Source: Neoechinorhynchus agilis
Lineage: Eukaryota; Animalia; Acanthocephala
NCBI GenBank assembly: GCA_051530055.1
Contig: CM121341.1
Location: 15,416,784 to 15,480,783 of the forward strand
Reading direction: 5' to 3'
Length of the DNA: 64,000 bases
Each line of letters starts with the position of its first letter. Positions within the stretch are counted from its first letter, which is position 1. The position numbers and the translations under genes are program-made. The notes below the pieces were generated by a model that saw only the letters and a program-made list of their open reading frames with translations, searched no databases and was not told the DNA's origin. Shown here piece by piece: positions 22,862 to 35,120 of the stretch.

Positions 22862-25001
22862 CAGTCGATTCCGCTTAATTGGGACACATCGGGACCGAGG
22901 CTTTTTGTCCCAATTAAGCGGCTGTCCCGATTAAGCGAAGTTCACTTTTAAAGAAATTAATTTTATTGGTTTTGGGAACACACAAAATTAAACAATGCAT
23001 ATTTTTCAATAATTTTATTTTATAAACTCTTGAAAACTTTATATATAGGTACATTATGAATATGTATGTATTATAAATCTAAAAAAATCCTCAATAAAAT
23101 ATTTTTGGCTTCTACAAAATCAGCACAGATGTTCAGTGCAGATTTAGGGCTTCCTTCATTTCCTTCCTGCATAAAATAACGTCGTAACACGGCCATACAC
23201 TTTTTTGCCTCCTGGTTAGTCACTGACACAGGTTATTCATCATAATCGTCTTCATCTTCGTCTAATTTTTCATGTTTAGATTTAATACTTTCTACAATTG
23301 AATCCTCACAGTCTTCATTTTTATCGTAGCATGGTAAATTGTTATCTATAGCTAAAAATTCTTGAGTTAATAACAGGAACTGGTAACATATCCTCATTTT
23401 CTTCATTGTTAAAAATTTCTGAAATATCCAAAGGTTTAAAGCCGCAATTAGCAAAACAGTTCTGTATATTGGTGGCTTTTATAGCTCGTCAACTGTCAGC
23501 GACAAACTGTATTGCTTGCAAAAGGTTAATTTGGGAACTAATCTCTCTGGCTGTTGTGGAACATGTTAATAGGTTTTCATCAATGGATTCTAATATGAAA
23601 TTAACCAATTTTCCACGATAGAAAGTCTTCAAATTTTTGATTACACCCATGTCCATTGGTTGCACTAAGCATGTGGTGTTAGGAGGAAGAAATTCCGGAT
23701 GTATATTTCGTAGATTGTCTAAATGAGGGTGTGCGACACAATTGTCAACAGTCAGCAAAATTTTTCTTTGTTTAAGTTGTAAATTTTTGTCCCAACTGTT
23801 CAGCGAATTTCGAAAAATATCAGAAGTCATCCACGCATTTTTGTTTGCATAGTACTCCACTGGTAATCCCTCCACTCTTAACCCCTTAAAGCATCGAGGT
23901 CTGGCACTTTCGTTTGTCAGTACCTGACATATTTGCGCAGCATAACACAGTAATGCGGTCCATCTCCTTTTTATAACCAGACAGTGCAATATGTTTATAG
24001 CGTAAGGAACCGTCTGACGTAGCACGGTAATAGAAGCCATTTTCATCAGCATTGTAAATGTCATCAGCACAAAAATTCTTTAAAAAGGTAGGAATTTTTG
24101 TAATCTTCCACTGTTCCAAACTTTCTTTGTCGGCACTGGTCTTTTCACCGTGCGCTTTTTTAAATTTAATATCGTGCCTTGCTTTCCATCGCGATAACCA
24201 ACCATCAGTTGCTTTGAAATCGTTGCGGCCCAGTTTTTTAGCGAACTCCTCTGACTTCGCCTTCAATATTGGACCGTTCATATTTACGCCTCTGCCACTA
24301 ACAATAGAAAACCATTGATCCAGTGCTTCTTCAACGTCTGGATCCTTCCCCTCACGTTTTCTTTTGGATGTCCCTGCCTGTCCTTCTTGTAATTCGAATT
24401 CCTTACGCAGTTGACTTTCTTGTCGTAAGACACGCGATATAGTAGATTTTGGTACACCAGTTATCTCAGCGAGCCGACGATAACTGGTATTAAGCGGCTG
24501 GCTTTTTATTTTATCAAGCAAGGCAATTTTATTGCTAAGTGACAAATCGTTCCTTGGCATTTTAGAAAGGGTAAATTTTTTTAAAAATACAATTAACAAA
24601 AAATAGCTTCACGCGTTGTTCACGCGGGAGGTGATTAGTAATCGAATGTCCGCTGCACCGGCTCGGATGTAAAAGATTGCAAATGTGGATATGAGGCCGC
24701 CACGGCTTTATAAAACGCGGGAGTCGGGTTCAGAAAGAAGCCGCCTTTCTGGCTTTCTCGGGATTTAGGAGGGGGTTGTGTTTGTTTTTCCGCTGCAGCG
24801 GCTCGGTTAAACCAAAACTCAGTAAAAACAAAATCAGTTAATAGATACTCTACTGTACTAAAATCTTAAATTTACTGTCCAAATTAAGTGGAATGTTGTC
24901 CCAATTAAATATACAAATTTACTATTGGTTTCTTGGTTTGGTTTTCGTTCTTTGAGATTTGTCCCAAATAAGCGGCTGTCCCGATTAAGCGGAATCCACT
25001 G
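22862..25001 (-). mobile_element. Tigger/pogo DNA transposon (2140 bp) with frameshifted CENP-B HTH plus DDE transposase
   Basis: TIRs CAGTCGATTCCGCTTAAT / ATTAAGCGGAATCCACTG, TA TSD at 22860-22861 and 25002-25003, subterminal repeats. Motifs DGWLSRWKARH, YNADE, NKNAWMTSDIF, LLTVDNC, QPMDMGVI. Confidence 0.95.
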
Positions 25002-25570
25002 TATTATGATCAAATTCATGGATTTTAAAATAAAATCATTTTAATTTCTTCGCCACACAAAAACCAATATGAACAGTTCAATCTTCAAACGGTCATTTCA
25101 GTGTTGGTAGTCCTTCAGTAATTGCTTTAATAATTAATAGTTTTTCTAAAGGAATGCTCAGTGTTCAATCATTCTTTTTAGCTTAATCGTTGTTCTTCGT
25201 CCATTTAAATCCGTAACTGTGACCACAAATGCTTAGTAGCAGGCTAGTCTTTGACGAAACGACACATTCGAGTTTGAAGTTGAGTCAGTATCGCGGATTA
25301 GTAATTAGAGGCCTTTAATGTTACCACAAACATTTGGTAATCTTACACGAACAACCTTAGAACGTTCATATGAATCACCGATTTGAACCCGAATCGCTCT
25401 ATGTGAATGTAAAAAGTTGCGAGGATCACCGAACACATTTTACCAAAAGTTGAAGATTTTCAGTAATAAAACTGAATGCGAAATTGAAAACAAATGATGA
25501 CGGAAGCCGAAATACTCACATACACGATGCTGGATACTGTAAAGTTTTGTCTAGGACACACAAGTCTCAA

Positions 25571-26340
25571 TCAAGTTTGGGTCTCTATATCCTCAAATTC
25601 CAAAAGTCCGAAAAGAGGATCCATTAAATCGCAAGTTGTTTGCATCTCTCGTGAAGACATTCGAACTCGGGTGTTATTAGCAACAGTCAACTGATCAGTC
25701 TGGGTTGTAACGGTCACAAATTCATTTAAATTGTGATTAAACCAATTGTAATCGTTAACGTCCTGACTCAGTAGAGATAAATCAGTGTTTGACACTGCAT
25801 CCAAACGAGAATCTAACATTGGCTCTTTCCATAAATTCGTTTGAACTTCCTGCTCCGTTCTCCAGACGAAGTCAGCATCCACCGAATCCATTGTAAATCC
25901 AGTTTGAGTAGATTTACTTTCCCCGGATCGATCGACAAAACAATGTCTTTTTTGGCATTATATCTATTAGTTGATATTGGGAACTAGAAACTTCATTGGT
26001 TTGACCGAGAAGTCGGGATCGTTTGAGACCACCATGAGTTCGATTCATATGCATGCTCAATGCTTTAGGGTTTTCGAATTGTCTTTCACAATGTTGACAT
26101 TGAAATATTGCGGAGCATCCGAAAGGAGTTTGAGTGGAGTATGAAGATAAGGATACAAGTTTGAACTTACATTGCTTCATGACTTTTAGCGTCTAAAGAA
26201 AGACCAAACTTTTTATCGCAGAATGCACATCCGTAGTTTTTGGGACTGTGAACACGATTGTAATGCTAAATCGAAATGTTTTTAGTTTGTTGTTCAAACA
26301 TGGCCAAGTGCTCCATTGGCGCTGACCAAAGAATGCACTG
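25571..26340 (-). CDS. ATMIN: ATMIN/ASCIZ-like C2H2 zinc-finger protein with C-terminal TQT dynein-light-chain motifs; one frameshift near 25915-25957
   Basis: HYNRVHSPKNYGCAFCDK and CQHCERQFENPKALSMHMNRTH zinc fingers, followed by STQT, EVQT, TTQT, EMQT and a terminal DIETQT*. Confidence 0.6.
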
Positions 26341-27514
26341 CAGGCATCCGACTATAAATCTGATTCGCTTATTTTTGTGCTTAAGTCAGAATTAATTTTA
26401 AAATTTGTCAAATTAACAAAACTTTTATTGCAGAAGTATGATAACTTTGGAAATTCAATTTATGTACGTTAAGGAACGAGTAGTTAAAATTGTTGTTGTG
26501 AACATACGTCCGGTTAAAAGATATTTGATTGCTAAGAAATATTTTCGAAAGGGGAAGCCTTGCGTCATGAATCATCTAAAACGCTTTGGTTATTTTGTAT
26601 TGTGTGGCTCAGGTTCGCGGGATCGCCAAGGGTAACTAAAAGTTTTTCGATGGCTGATGAGAAGAAGCTTCCTCTTTCGAAATATTTCTTAACAATAAAA
26701 TATCTATTAGCCAGGAATATCGTAACCACAATTCTAAACATATTAAGATGCAATTTTGCCCACCTTTCCCCTAATAAAGCATGTTATTAAAATGTATTTC
26801 ACGGGTCCGAAAGCTGCTCAACATACCGTTCACAAATAGGCAAGTTAACTTTTCATTTCTTTATGTGTTGCCCAACCGAAGCGCAACAAAAGTACACCAT
26901 CGTTCGCCATTTCTGCCACGAAAAAGCAGTATTTAAGACGGATCCTTACCAGGTAAAGATTTCTAAAACTCGAAAAGCGAGTGTTTCCATATCCCGATGT
27001 GAAGCAGGCGCAGAAGTACTGACATGTCGGTATCGGGCAATGGTAATTGGCGTCGAGTTTTCTAAACGAATCATCGATCTACAAAAACAGAAGTAAAGAC
27101 GACGATGGAACCAGCTCGAATACCGAATTTGATTTCTCCAAGCTGACACATCCGATACCGCTTGTTGGTTTTGGTATTAAGCCTATCGCAGGAATTGTTA
27201 TACATGGCCTTGATGGGAACGATGAATTGCGTCTGGGCATTAGGGAATGATTTTGCACTTTGAATTGCTTTAGCTTGAAAGAAGGCGAAAGAAAATCTTG
27301 CTGCAGACGAAGAGGTGCTCAAACTAAAACCCCTTTAGAGACAAAAAATTGCAAAAATGAAGTCCATAGTTTGTTTTGATAAGGGCGAAATGAATAAAAG
27401 TGATTCATATCTTGGGTAATTGTCTTCAGCGGGGGGGAGATATTTTTAGTAGTGTAAAGAAATTAATCATTATTGTTTCAATTTCACTTAGCGATATTCA
27501 CTCAGAAAATTGAT

Positions 27515-27567
27515 TTATATTGAAAATTTTCGGCCCTTTCGTTGGCCTTCTTCAGTCAGATCTACAA
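27515..27567 (-). ncRNA. Minimal Penelope-type hammerhead ribozyme (family P1)
   Basis: TTGTAGATCTGA-CTGAAGA-A-GGCC-AACGAAAG-GGCC-GAAA-ATT-T-TCA-ATATAA; palindromic stem III GAAAATTTTC suggests a dimer. Confidence 0.75.
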
Positions 27568-30007
27568 CTTAAAAGGAACGTTATCAATTAGTTTATCCGG
27601 TGGGACTCGTAGATTGAGTTTGTAGTCAGCTTTGTTGCCAACAAAAGTACCTGTTTGCTGGATCATGATGGCTTCCATGGTCACTCTGTCGCGTCTTACG
27701 TCACTCCTCGCAAGAACTTCGACGCCGTCAAAATTCATCTCATGCTTATTGCCATTGATGTGGGACACTATCGCCGAGCTCACATCAGACTTTTTAAGAG
27801 CTGCTCTTCTGTGTTCAGCAATCCTTCTTTTTAGATTGTTCGTTTGTCCCACATATGACAGACTGCAATTCGAACATGGGATCTTATAAACACATCCAGC
27901 AGGAAGATCTTCATTCTTCGGTCGGAGTATTCCTTGCAGAGTCCTTCCCTTCCTACTATATGTACTGAACACCTTGTCCCTATCGATTCGTTTTATTAGG
28001 GTTTCTATTTTAGAGTTCCATTGATCACTGATAAATGGCGTCTCAATAAATTGCTTCTTTTCCTCCTGATTGTCTGTTCTATCCACACGAACATATCGAG
28101 CTGTCTTCATACATTTCTCAATGTACATCCTTGGATATCCACTCACTTTTAGTTTGTTGTATATCCAATTTAATTCATATTTCAGTAATACCTCATCCAA
28201 ACAATACCGAAATGCTCTGATGTACATCGACCTGGCTCTTGCCAATTTGTATCTGATCGGTTGAGCAGAGATCCATGGGACCACCATATGTGGAACCCCT
28301 TGCTTCCTATAAACCGACGTCATGAACCCATGTCCCGGACTGCGTGTTACTCGTACGTCCAAAAAAAGGTAAATTACCATTTTCCTCCTCTTCCATTGTC
28401 CATTTTATATTTTGGTGGCAGCTATTTAGCTCTTCGACAAGTTGTATCGGTGAACTCCTATTGGGATCTAGGATAATGAACGTATCATCCACATATCTTA
28501 GCCAGAGATTCACACCCTTCAACTTAGACAAATATTTATCTTCCCATGTTCTCATATATAGCTCCGCCAATACTGGGGACAGTGGACTTCCCATCGCCAG
28601 CCCATCCACCTGGTCAAAATTTTTCATTTTCAAACGCAAAGTTTGAATATTGTGTACAAAATTGAAGGAGCTGACGCCAGTTAACAGCTGAGAGCTTCCA
28701 TTCTGAACAGTTTTTAACCAACAAGTTTGTGGCTAGCTCAATTACCTCTTTCACCGGTATCTTAGTAAATAAGGACGTAACATCTGCAGAAACCATGAGA
28801 CCAGATTCGTTTGCATTCATCTTATTCAATCGACCAATGAAATCTACTCCCGATTCAACCACATGATTTGATGGGGGTAGGAGCTGTTTAAGAAAACTCG
28901 ATAATTTCTTGGACAACTTATAACTATAGGAGGAGTGTGCAGCGATGATCGGTCGCGCTTTGACGGGCGTTTTGTGGATCTTTGCCAATAAATACATTTT
29001 GGGTGTCTTCGCATTCACGGATCGTATTCTTTTATAATCCTCTTCTGGGAGACATTTCTGTTTCACCAATTTCAGAAGTAATCTATTAAGTTCATTCTCA
29101 CGTCTCTCTGTGGGACAAACATCTAACTTCTTGAATTCGTCTGTTTGTAGAATGTCTTCACCCAGTTGTTTGAACTGTTCTTTGTTTAGAACACAGAATC
29201 CATGTCCTTTATCGATTTTAAGTATGCGTAATCCAGATCGTGCAGAAATCTCTTTGAGTCTAACCAAGGTCTTCTCCGCTACATTCGAAACACGATTTCT
29301 GCCTTTCATAATCGCCCTCTTGTAACTTCCTTCAAAGTCCCCTAATGGAACATTCTTAATTTTAATCGATAAGTCATACACCAACTCCTCCATCTTAGTT
29401 CTGAACCTCAGGGTGCCGATTCTTGGGGTCGGGATAAACTCAGGGCCAAATGTCAAAAGTTCCACCACTTCTTCAGGTAAGACTATATTCGAAAGGTTGA
29501 CAACATTATCCTTATTATCCGATGGAACGAAAAAATGTCCCTCAGTGAGCCTAAGAAGTTTTTTATTGTGTCTCCTTTTAATCTTCTTATTTTCCATATC
29601 GGCCATGTTATCAATCTCCAGCATCAAGATCTTACACCAGTCCTCATCCGTCAAGTACCCTAGGATATTACGATTGTTCTCTAATTGACGTTCTAATTGC
29701 TTCTTTTCTTTTTGGAGTTCCTTAATTGTATTTTCCAACAACCAGAATTGCATCGACTTTTGGTATTTTGAGCCATCGAACCCAAACGCCACAGACTGTA
29801 GTCGAAGGAATGTAGGAAGTACCTCATACAGCTTACAGCTTTCTAGGAATTGAGATGCACTTTTGTTGCGGACCATTCTCAAGGACAATTTCTCCATTAG
29901 ACGCAATTGGTGTAAAGCAGACTCGCTATAGATCTGCTTGGTTATTGTAAAGAAATTAATCATTATTGTTTCAATTTCACTTAGCGATATTCACTCAGAA
30001 AATTGAT

Positions 30008-30060
30008 TTATATTGAAAATTTTCGGCCTTTTCGTTGGCCTTCTTCAGTCAGATCTACAA
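30008..30060 (-). ncRNA. Minimal Penelope-type hammerhead ribozyme (family P1, second pLTR)
   Basis: Same motif as 27515-27567 with one loop-II change. Confidence 0.75.
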
Positions 30061-31639
30061 CTTAAAAGGAACGTTATCAATTAGTTTATCCGGTGGGACT
30101 CGTAGATTGAGTTTGTAGTCAGCTTTGTTGCCAACAAAAGTACCTGTTTGCTGGATCATGATGGCTTCTATGGTCACTCTGTCGCGTCTTACGTCACTCC
30201 TCGCAAGAACTTCGACGCCGTCAAAATTCATCTCATGCTTATTGCCATTGATGTGGGACACTATCGCTGAGCTCACATCAGACTTTTTAAGAGCTGCTCT
30301 TCTGTGTTCAGCAATCCTTCTTTTTAGATTGTTCGTTTGTCCCACATATGACAGACTGCAATTCGAACATGGGATCTTATAGACACATCCAGCGGGAAGA
30401 TCTTCATTCTTCGGTCGAAGTATTCCTTGCAAGTCCTTCCTTCCTACTATATGTACTGAACACCTTGTCCCTATCGATTCGTTTTATTAGGGTTTCTATT
30501 TTAGAGTTCCATTGATCACTGATAAATGGCGTCTCAATAAATTACTTCTTTTCCTCTGATTGTCTGTTCTATCCACACGAACATATCGAGCTGTCTTCAT
30601 ACATTTCTCAATGTACATCCTTGGATATCCACTCACTTTTAGTTTGTTGTATATCCAATTTAATTCGTATTTCAGTAATACCTCATCCGAACAATACCGA
30701 AATGCTCTGATGTACATCGACCTGGCTCTTGCCAATTTGTATCTGATCGGTTGAGCAGAGATCCATGGGATCACCATATGTGGAACCCCTTGCTTCCTAT
30801 AAATCGACGTCATGAACCCATGTCCCGGACTGCGTGTTACTCGTACGTCCAAAAAAGGTAAATTACCATTTTCCTCCTCTTCCATTGTCCATTTTATATT
30901 TTGGTGGCAGCTATTTAGCTCTTCGACAAGTTGTATCGGTGAACTCCTATTGGGATCTAGGATAATGAACGTATCATCCACATATCTTAGCCAGAGATTC
31001 ACACCCTTCAACTTAGACAAATATTTATCTTCCCATGTTCTCATATATAGCTCCGCCAATACTGGGGACAGTGGACTTCCCATCGCCAGCCCATCCACCT
31101 GGTCAAAAAATTTTTAAGTGAAATTGAAACTTTTAGTAGTTTTTCCACCATGAATTTAAATTCATTGATGATTTATTTATGATATTACACCTACCGATAG
31201 TACCGACATTATCAACGAAAAGTAATTCAATTTTAATATTTCTTCCTCAATGTTGGACTTCAGAATGGTTTGTAAGTTTTTTACGATGATCGGACTTGAT
31301 GTTACTGATTCTTGTCGGTCACGTAAAAGAAGCAGCTCCGGCGGCCAGACAGCTACTGATAGTAGCCTGTCGGTGTGCCGCTCCATTTGGTGATGCGGCA
31401 GCGAACAGGAGTAACAAAATCCACCAGTGCAACGGGAAAAAGCGAGGGCTTCGTAGCTCTCGCCGACGACTTGAGCGTCGAAATGAGCGAAACTGTAGCC
31501 GGAGGCAACGAAAGCGTCAGTCGAAGCTCATCACCGTGGTGTGTACGGACTGTTCAGGTTGCGCTGACAGCCGTGAGCCCTTTGGTCCAGCTATTTCAGA
31601 TAGAAGAGGACTAGGAATCGGATCCTTGAATTGTAGGAA

Positions 31640-32640
31640 TCTGCGAGCGCAATGAGTATGGAGTGCCGCCGATCATTGCCACATCCGTTATGGCATTATA
31701 TAAAAACACAAGATCCGCCGTAAAGACAGCTGACGGTTTGACAGAATACTTTTCCACCACTTCAGGTGTTCTGCAGGGCGACACATTGGCTCCTTTCCTC
31801 TTCATCTTGGTGCTTGATTGAGTGATGAGATGGGCACTACCGAATGATGAAGATGGATTTCTTCTGTTGAGGAAAAGAGGTCGCAGGTATCCTGAGATAA
31901 GCGCCTCCTACATGGCATATGCCGACCACATCGTATTGATGTCCTCAACAGCCGAAGGAGCTCAACGCATGCTAAATAGACTGTGCGAGAGGGCGAGTAT
32001 GATTGGTCTGACCATCAACTCGAAAAAGACGGAATTCTTGACGATTCCGCATGTCGCGCATACAGTCTCTGGCGAAGGGCCGAATGGCGTTGAGCAATTA
32101 AAACAGATAGAGCGGTATGTCTATCTGGTAGCTGTCGTTCCTGAAGTGAGTACGGATGTCAGCCGACGGAGAGCTATAGCTTCGAGAGCAATGGGGCAAC
32201 TTAAACCACTGTTTGACAGTGAGCCATTGCCAGATGAACTCCGTTCGCAGCTGTTCAGAACTCTAATTGAGAGCATTCTCTACTACAATGCAGAGACCTG
32301 GACACTGTCACCAACGGCGACGAGGCAGTTGGGTCAAAATCATTCATCTCTCCTACGTGCGGCGTTCAAGGCCAGATGGTCAGATAAAGTGACCAACAAA
32401 GCACTGTATAAGAGAGCCGGAGTCCAACCGCCCAGTGAATATTTGCGCCGCAGACGACTGCAGTTCACGGGCAATATAATTCGGTCCGAGGCATCTTCCC
32501 ACAGGTCGTGCAACAGTTCCTTTTCTGGAAGCCAACGACATTGTATCGTAAAGGCAAAGGGAACTGTCGTACATACGATGACCTGATTTTAAGAGACGCG
32601 AATTGCCCGCATAACAGGACTGCTGTCGTGTATTTTAGAT
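31640..32640 (+). mobile_element. RTE-like non-LTR retrotransposon RT fragment
   Basis: YGVPPII...LYKNTRSAVKTADGLTEYFSTTSGVLQGDTLAPFLFILVLD*, MAYADHIVL, IGLTINSKKTE; in-frame stop present. Confidence 0.85.
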
Positions 32641-32987
32641 CCCTTGCGGAGTCTAATTCTATTTGACGGGCTTATACCTACGGTGCAAGGTAGGAAAGTA
32701 CCGTTGCATACATACATACATACTGCTTACATAGTAGATAAATTATAAGCAATTTTGAAGAAGTCATGCGTAAATGATGCAGTATTAAATAAAATTCAAT
32801 TACTTTTAATCATATCAAGAAGTTCCTTGGGGATGGTAAGCATTGTAGGGGTGTGATCATAATACCGGTTAAAGAATCTTTTATTGTTATGAAATATTTC
32901 GCGAGGAAACCTCACCTCGGCGATACGACCAGGGAATAAGGCCAGCGTCAGAGGCACGGCTCCCTCCGTCGTAAACACTTGCAAACA

Positions 32988-33085
32988 TTGTAGATCTGAC
33001 TGAAGAAGGCCAACGAAAAGGCCGAAAATTTTCAATATAAATCAATTTTCTGAGTGATTATCGCTAAGTTAAATTGAAGCAAAAT
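32988..33085 (+). ncRNA. Solo Penelope pLTR fragment with a P1 hammerhead, opposite orientation to the 27-31 kb element
   Basis: TTGTAGATCTGACTGAAGAAGGCCAACGAAAAGGCCGAAAATTTTCAATATAAATCAATTTTCTGAGTGA. Confidence 0.75.
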
Positions 33086-33862
33086 TAACCACAGACGGTT
33101 CTTGTTACTTTATCAAAACAAACAAAATTGCATGTTCGTAAACAAGGAGGATACAGGCAAACACTGTCAAGTCGCAACTCACGAGAAAGCGTCCGAACAA
33201 GTGCCCGAGGGTCAAGTTTAAAAAAACAGTCATCTAAAAGGTTTTGTGATAGTTCTATTTATTTACTTGTTCGCCCTTATCAAAACAATTTGAAATGACG
33301 AAGATTTCTTGTTTTAGTCTTCGCTCCGTAGAAAGTTTTATCGAAAACAATCCGAACATGAGTTTGTCTGTAAATTTTCCCGACGGTGTTCGACGCAGCT
33401 TTAATAAAACGTTCTTCACCAAGCGAAACCCTAAACAAGAAATTTAACAAACTAATAGTAAAATACATATGAAATATCACGTTTTAGCTAAAAAGCAATG
33501 AATTATTGCACATTTCTGCCTTTAGATAGTTATGTATTCGAGATAAACAACAATCTTCATGAGTTTAATCGACTTTTATCAAATTTTTCGTAAAAATATA
33601 GCTGAATCTTTGTTGTATTTTTGCTAATTGTAATTATTTTTTTGTTTCCGCGGAAGGTGATTGCGCTTTAGAACGATGAAAAATCTCAGCCGCAAAAAGA
33701 GTGGATGTTAAACATACGATGGTTTTATTGATAGTTTTCTGATTTTTTGAGTATAATCTTCATTGTCTCGGTTTTTATGGTGGCAACTAAAATTGTTAAA
33801 AGAATTTATTGATTCCCATATTTCGGCACCACTTTAACAATGCGATAAAACACTTTGACAAA

Positions 33863-33895
33863 CTTGATAAAGGCACAAAATTGTGCCGAAATATC
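33863..33895 (+). ncRNA. Minimal hammerhead, U3-A8 variant (family P3); further copies at 45917-45948 and 49509-49541
   Basis: C-TTGATAA-A-GGCAC-AAAATT-GTGCC-GAAA-TA-TC, inside a fold-back pair (~33770-33930). Confidence 0.6.
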
Positions 33896-34347
33896 TGAAT
33901 TAATAAATTCTTTTAATTTTCAACCATATAAAAGCATGAATAATTCAATTTTTAAACAACTAAAATGGACTTACAATTTATTTTAAAATGATTAAATCGT
34001 CCCCCGGACGCTGACCGCATTTCCTCGTTGGAACACACGTACATTTAATTTTACGGAAAACAATTGTTTCCATGAGGAATGTACAAAACAGCAACTAGTC
34101 ACCAATACACTTGGCGATCTGTTCAAGTAGATCATCAGTGGTCATTTGACCGAGCTCAATGGTTTTGACAAGCTGCTCAACATTATCACCCGCTTGTTTG
34201 AATTGATCGTTTTGGCAAAATCGATTATACACATAGACCTGTAGTTCTTTATCTTTCCTGAACGTTTCTTCCAACTGGAAACACGTGCCAACGTTCAATT
34301 TAGACTTCATGTCGTTCCGCCACCATTGGAGTGCGGACCCAACAGCA

Positions 34348-35120
34348 ATGTTTTACATCGGAGAAGTTATGTGACCATTTAAACTCCGATGAAAAGTTAA
34401 GAGTTCGTACATCTCTCCGGATTCTCAGATAGCTTACGAGGAGGCGGGACTCATCAGTAAGTTTCCTCCCTTCAGCGGTACTTCGTCCCCTTTGGTTGTG
34501 CCTCATTGACGATTGTGGGTTCGAACCCTTTGACCCTGAAACGGGGTTTCGGGGCACAAGTCAACGTGACCACTTCTGCGCAACTACGAAATGTCAATCT
34601 GAGTTGACGAAATCGGTTTGCTCAACCGCATGGTTTTATCATTTGTTGGATTGTCAGCTGAATTTTTTGACCGCATGTATATATTTCTTTTTTTATTGGT
34701 GTGAATTATTTTTGCACATTCGGCGGTCGAATCTTATGTTTTACATCGGAGAAGTGATGTGACCAGTTAAACTCCGATGAAAAGTTAAGAGTTCGTACAT
34801 CTCTCCGGATTCCCAGATGGCTTACGAGGAGGCGGGACTCATCAGTTAGTTTCCTCCCTTCAGCAGTACTGTGTCCCCTTTGGTTGTGAGTGTCATCGGC
34901 GATCGTGGGTTAAAACCCTTTGACCCTGAAATCGGTATTCGGAGCACAAGTCAACTAGGCCACCTCTGCACAACTACGAAATGTACAAACTCAGCTGACG
35001 AAATCGGTTTGGTCAACCGCATGTTTTTATCATTTGTTGGATTGCGAGCTGAATTTTTCGACCGCATGTATATATGTATATTTTTTATTGATGTGAATTA
35101 TTTTAGCGTTTTCGGCGGTC
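34348..35120 (-). mobile_element. Head-to-tail dimer (388-bp period) of the SINE-like permuted-hammerhead element (copies B and C)
   Basis: ATGTTTTACATCGGAGAAG at 34348 and 34736; A/B boxes (TGGTCACGTTG, GGTTCGAACCC); hammerhead modules at 34424-34489 and 34812-34877. Confidence 0.8.

Larger units (their letters stand above)
27454..31130 (-). mobile_element. Penelope-like retroelement: full RT plus GIY-YIG ORF (29963-27562, two frameshifts), upstream tandem 3' partial copy (31110-30005) and an inverted pLTR fragment
   Basis: DGLAMGSPLSPVLAELYM, WLRYVDDTF, GCVYKIPCSNCSLSYVGQT. The pLTR is repeated at ~27454-27567 and ~29947-30060; inverted TAAGTGAAATTGAAAC at 31115-31130; 10-bp TSD TTTTAGTAGT at 27444-27453 and 31131-31140. 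Confidence 0.95.

Noticed and set aside
27632-30754. Plus-strand ORFs over Penelope and similar antisense ORFs over CRE, Tigger and NKAP
   Set aside because: Shadow frames of real opposite-strand coding sequence with no motifs of their own.
34095-34310. BTB/BACK-like exon
   Set aside because: Only a vague resemblance over 71 aa; no supporting exons found.
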